Source: Octopus sinensis (lineage: Eukaryota). From it: a stretch of DNA of 64,000 bases. The notes below the pieces were generated by a model. That model did no database searches. It saw only the letters and a program-made list of their open reading frames with translations, and was not told the DNA's origin. This document shows, piece by piece, positions 62,713 through 64,000 of the stretch (positions are counted from its first letter, which is position 1; the number at the start of each line of letters is the position of its first letter). The position numbers were made by a program, and so were the translations under genes. The stretch lies in assembly GCF_006345805.1 (NCBI RefSeq), contig NC_042999.1, positions 21,762,001 through 21,826,000 of the forward strand, in the 5' to 3' direction.

Positions 62713-63200
62713 AGGGTTGAACGCAAATAACTCAAGGGGAAAACGTTAGACGAAAGTAGACCGAACGGGAAGCCACACAAAAACTTAACGCACTGGAAAT
62801 TTAGACAAAGTCACGATGCACGGAATATTGGCAGCGGAGTTTTCCTCGTCGATTAATGACCTAAAATATCATAGTGATATCATGCCATTACCATTGAGAC
62901 CACTCAGTCTTGGAGGCGCCAGTGACGTTATGCTACTGCGAAAAAGCTAGTGAATGTATACTAAGAGAGAAACAAACAATACATAGAAATACAAGAGGCA
63001 AAGAACTATGCATGCATAAGAGCAAGGAGCCTTGCGGCTATAAAGAATAGGAGAAAATAATTATACATATACCACAAATACAAGAGAAAGAGCTTTGCAG
63101 CTATCGAACGAACTTAGTGGGATTGCACAAAAGTGAAAGGGAGTAAATCCTAGTGGACGTAGCAGAAGCCCAGACAAGCATGACCAGTCTGGTCAAAAGC

Positions 63201-63530
63201 GGGGTGTACTTGGCGCAGTGATTACGACATTGGACTCAGTCATGAGGTAGTGACTTCGTTTCCCGGACCGTCCTGTGTTGTGTTTTTGGGCAAGACACTT
63301 TATTTCACGTTGCACCAGTTCATTCAGCTGAACAAATGAGTTGCGACTTCACTGGTGCCAAGCTATATTGGCCTTTCCCTTTCTCTTGGATAACATCGGT
63401 GTCGTAGAGTGGAGAGGTTGGTATGGATGGGCGACTGCTGGTCTTCCATAAACAAACTTCCCAGACTGGTGCTTCGGAGGGTAATTTTCTAGGTGCAATC
63501 CCATGGTCATTCATGAGTGTAGGGGATCTT
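63201..63530 (+). mobile_element. tRNA-derived SINE family C, diverged
   Basis: Body matches 54436-54774. Confidence 0.82.
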
Positions 63531-63827
63531 TACACTTTTATATATACATATATGTGTGTGTGTACAGGTGTGTGTGCATGTGTGTGTATGTATGTACACA
63601 CACACGCAGATATATATATATATATTGTTTTATTTATATTTCCTGAGCGCCATACTAATACAATTGTTCGTTTGTTTTCCACCTGCCTTCGTCTTTTGCC
63701 TATTTTCATAAAGCTTCCCGTCATATATGTACATATATATATATATATATAGTTGAAATTTACAGAAAAACAAAAGACAAAGAACAACGAGCAAGCGTAT
63801 TAGTTTGTTGCTCGAGAAAGGGCGAGT

Positions 63828-63863
63828 CTTTTATGTTTCGAGCCTACGCTCTTCAACAGAAAG
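63828..63863 (-). ncRNA. Hammerhead-like motif with a CUGUUGA core
   Basis: Minus strand: cttt-CTGTTGA-A-GAGC-GTAG-GCTC-GAAA-CA-TA-aaag. Helix III ACGT has decayed to ACAT in this copy. Confidence 0.45.
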
Positions 63864-64000
63864 GAATAATAGAAAATAAACAGAGAGAGAATAAAAATCC
63901 TTGTGCATTTAGAGATATATGTACGCACATACACACGCACACACACACACATATCTATATATGTATGTACACACATACACACATACATATATATATATAT

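Overview
Eukaryotic, AT-rich, repeat-dominated DNA with no supportable host gene. The SINE repertoire and the dense (TA)n/(CA)n/(GATA)n microsatellites strongly suggest an octopus (cephalopod) genome, though this is inferred from recognition rather than a database search. Mobile elements: a near-complete CR1/L2-type LINE (33918-37800, minus strand; twin-CCCH ORF1, APE endonuclease, RT, one frameshift); two stacked L1/Tx1-like elements on the minus strand (11035-13466), the complete one encoding only ORF1; a full-length decayed Tc1 (DD34E); DD37D (maT) and mariner remnants; non-autonomous Helitrons, two of them joined at an exact head-to-tail junction; two R4/Dong-like 3' fragments in (TAA)n; and four tRNA-derived or SINE-like families. 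Tandem repeat: a 7.2-kb array of a 117-bp satellite that contains a 6-mer higher-order duplication. The most interesting signal is a set of at least six families of minimal type I hammerhead-ribozyme motifs with palindromic helix III, the architecture known from Penelope-like retroelements. They sit in short, mostly (TA)n-flanked elements, some of them fold-back. They include a canonical hammerhead inside a 593-bp monomer with an identical 178-bp terminal repeat (15041-15811, retrozyme-like), a motif with a compensatory G3:C8 core swap (55400-55449), and a family with a CUGUUGA core. All structures were folded by eye and ribozyme activity is untested.
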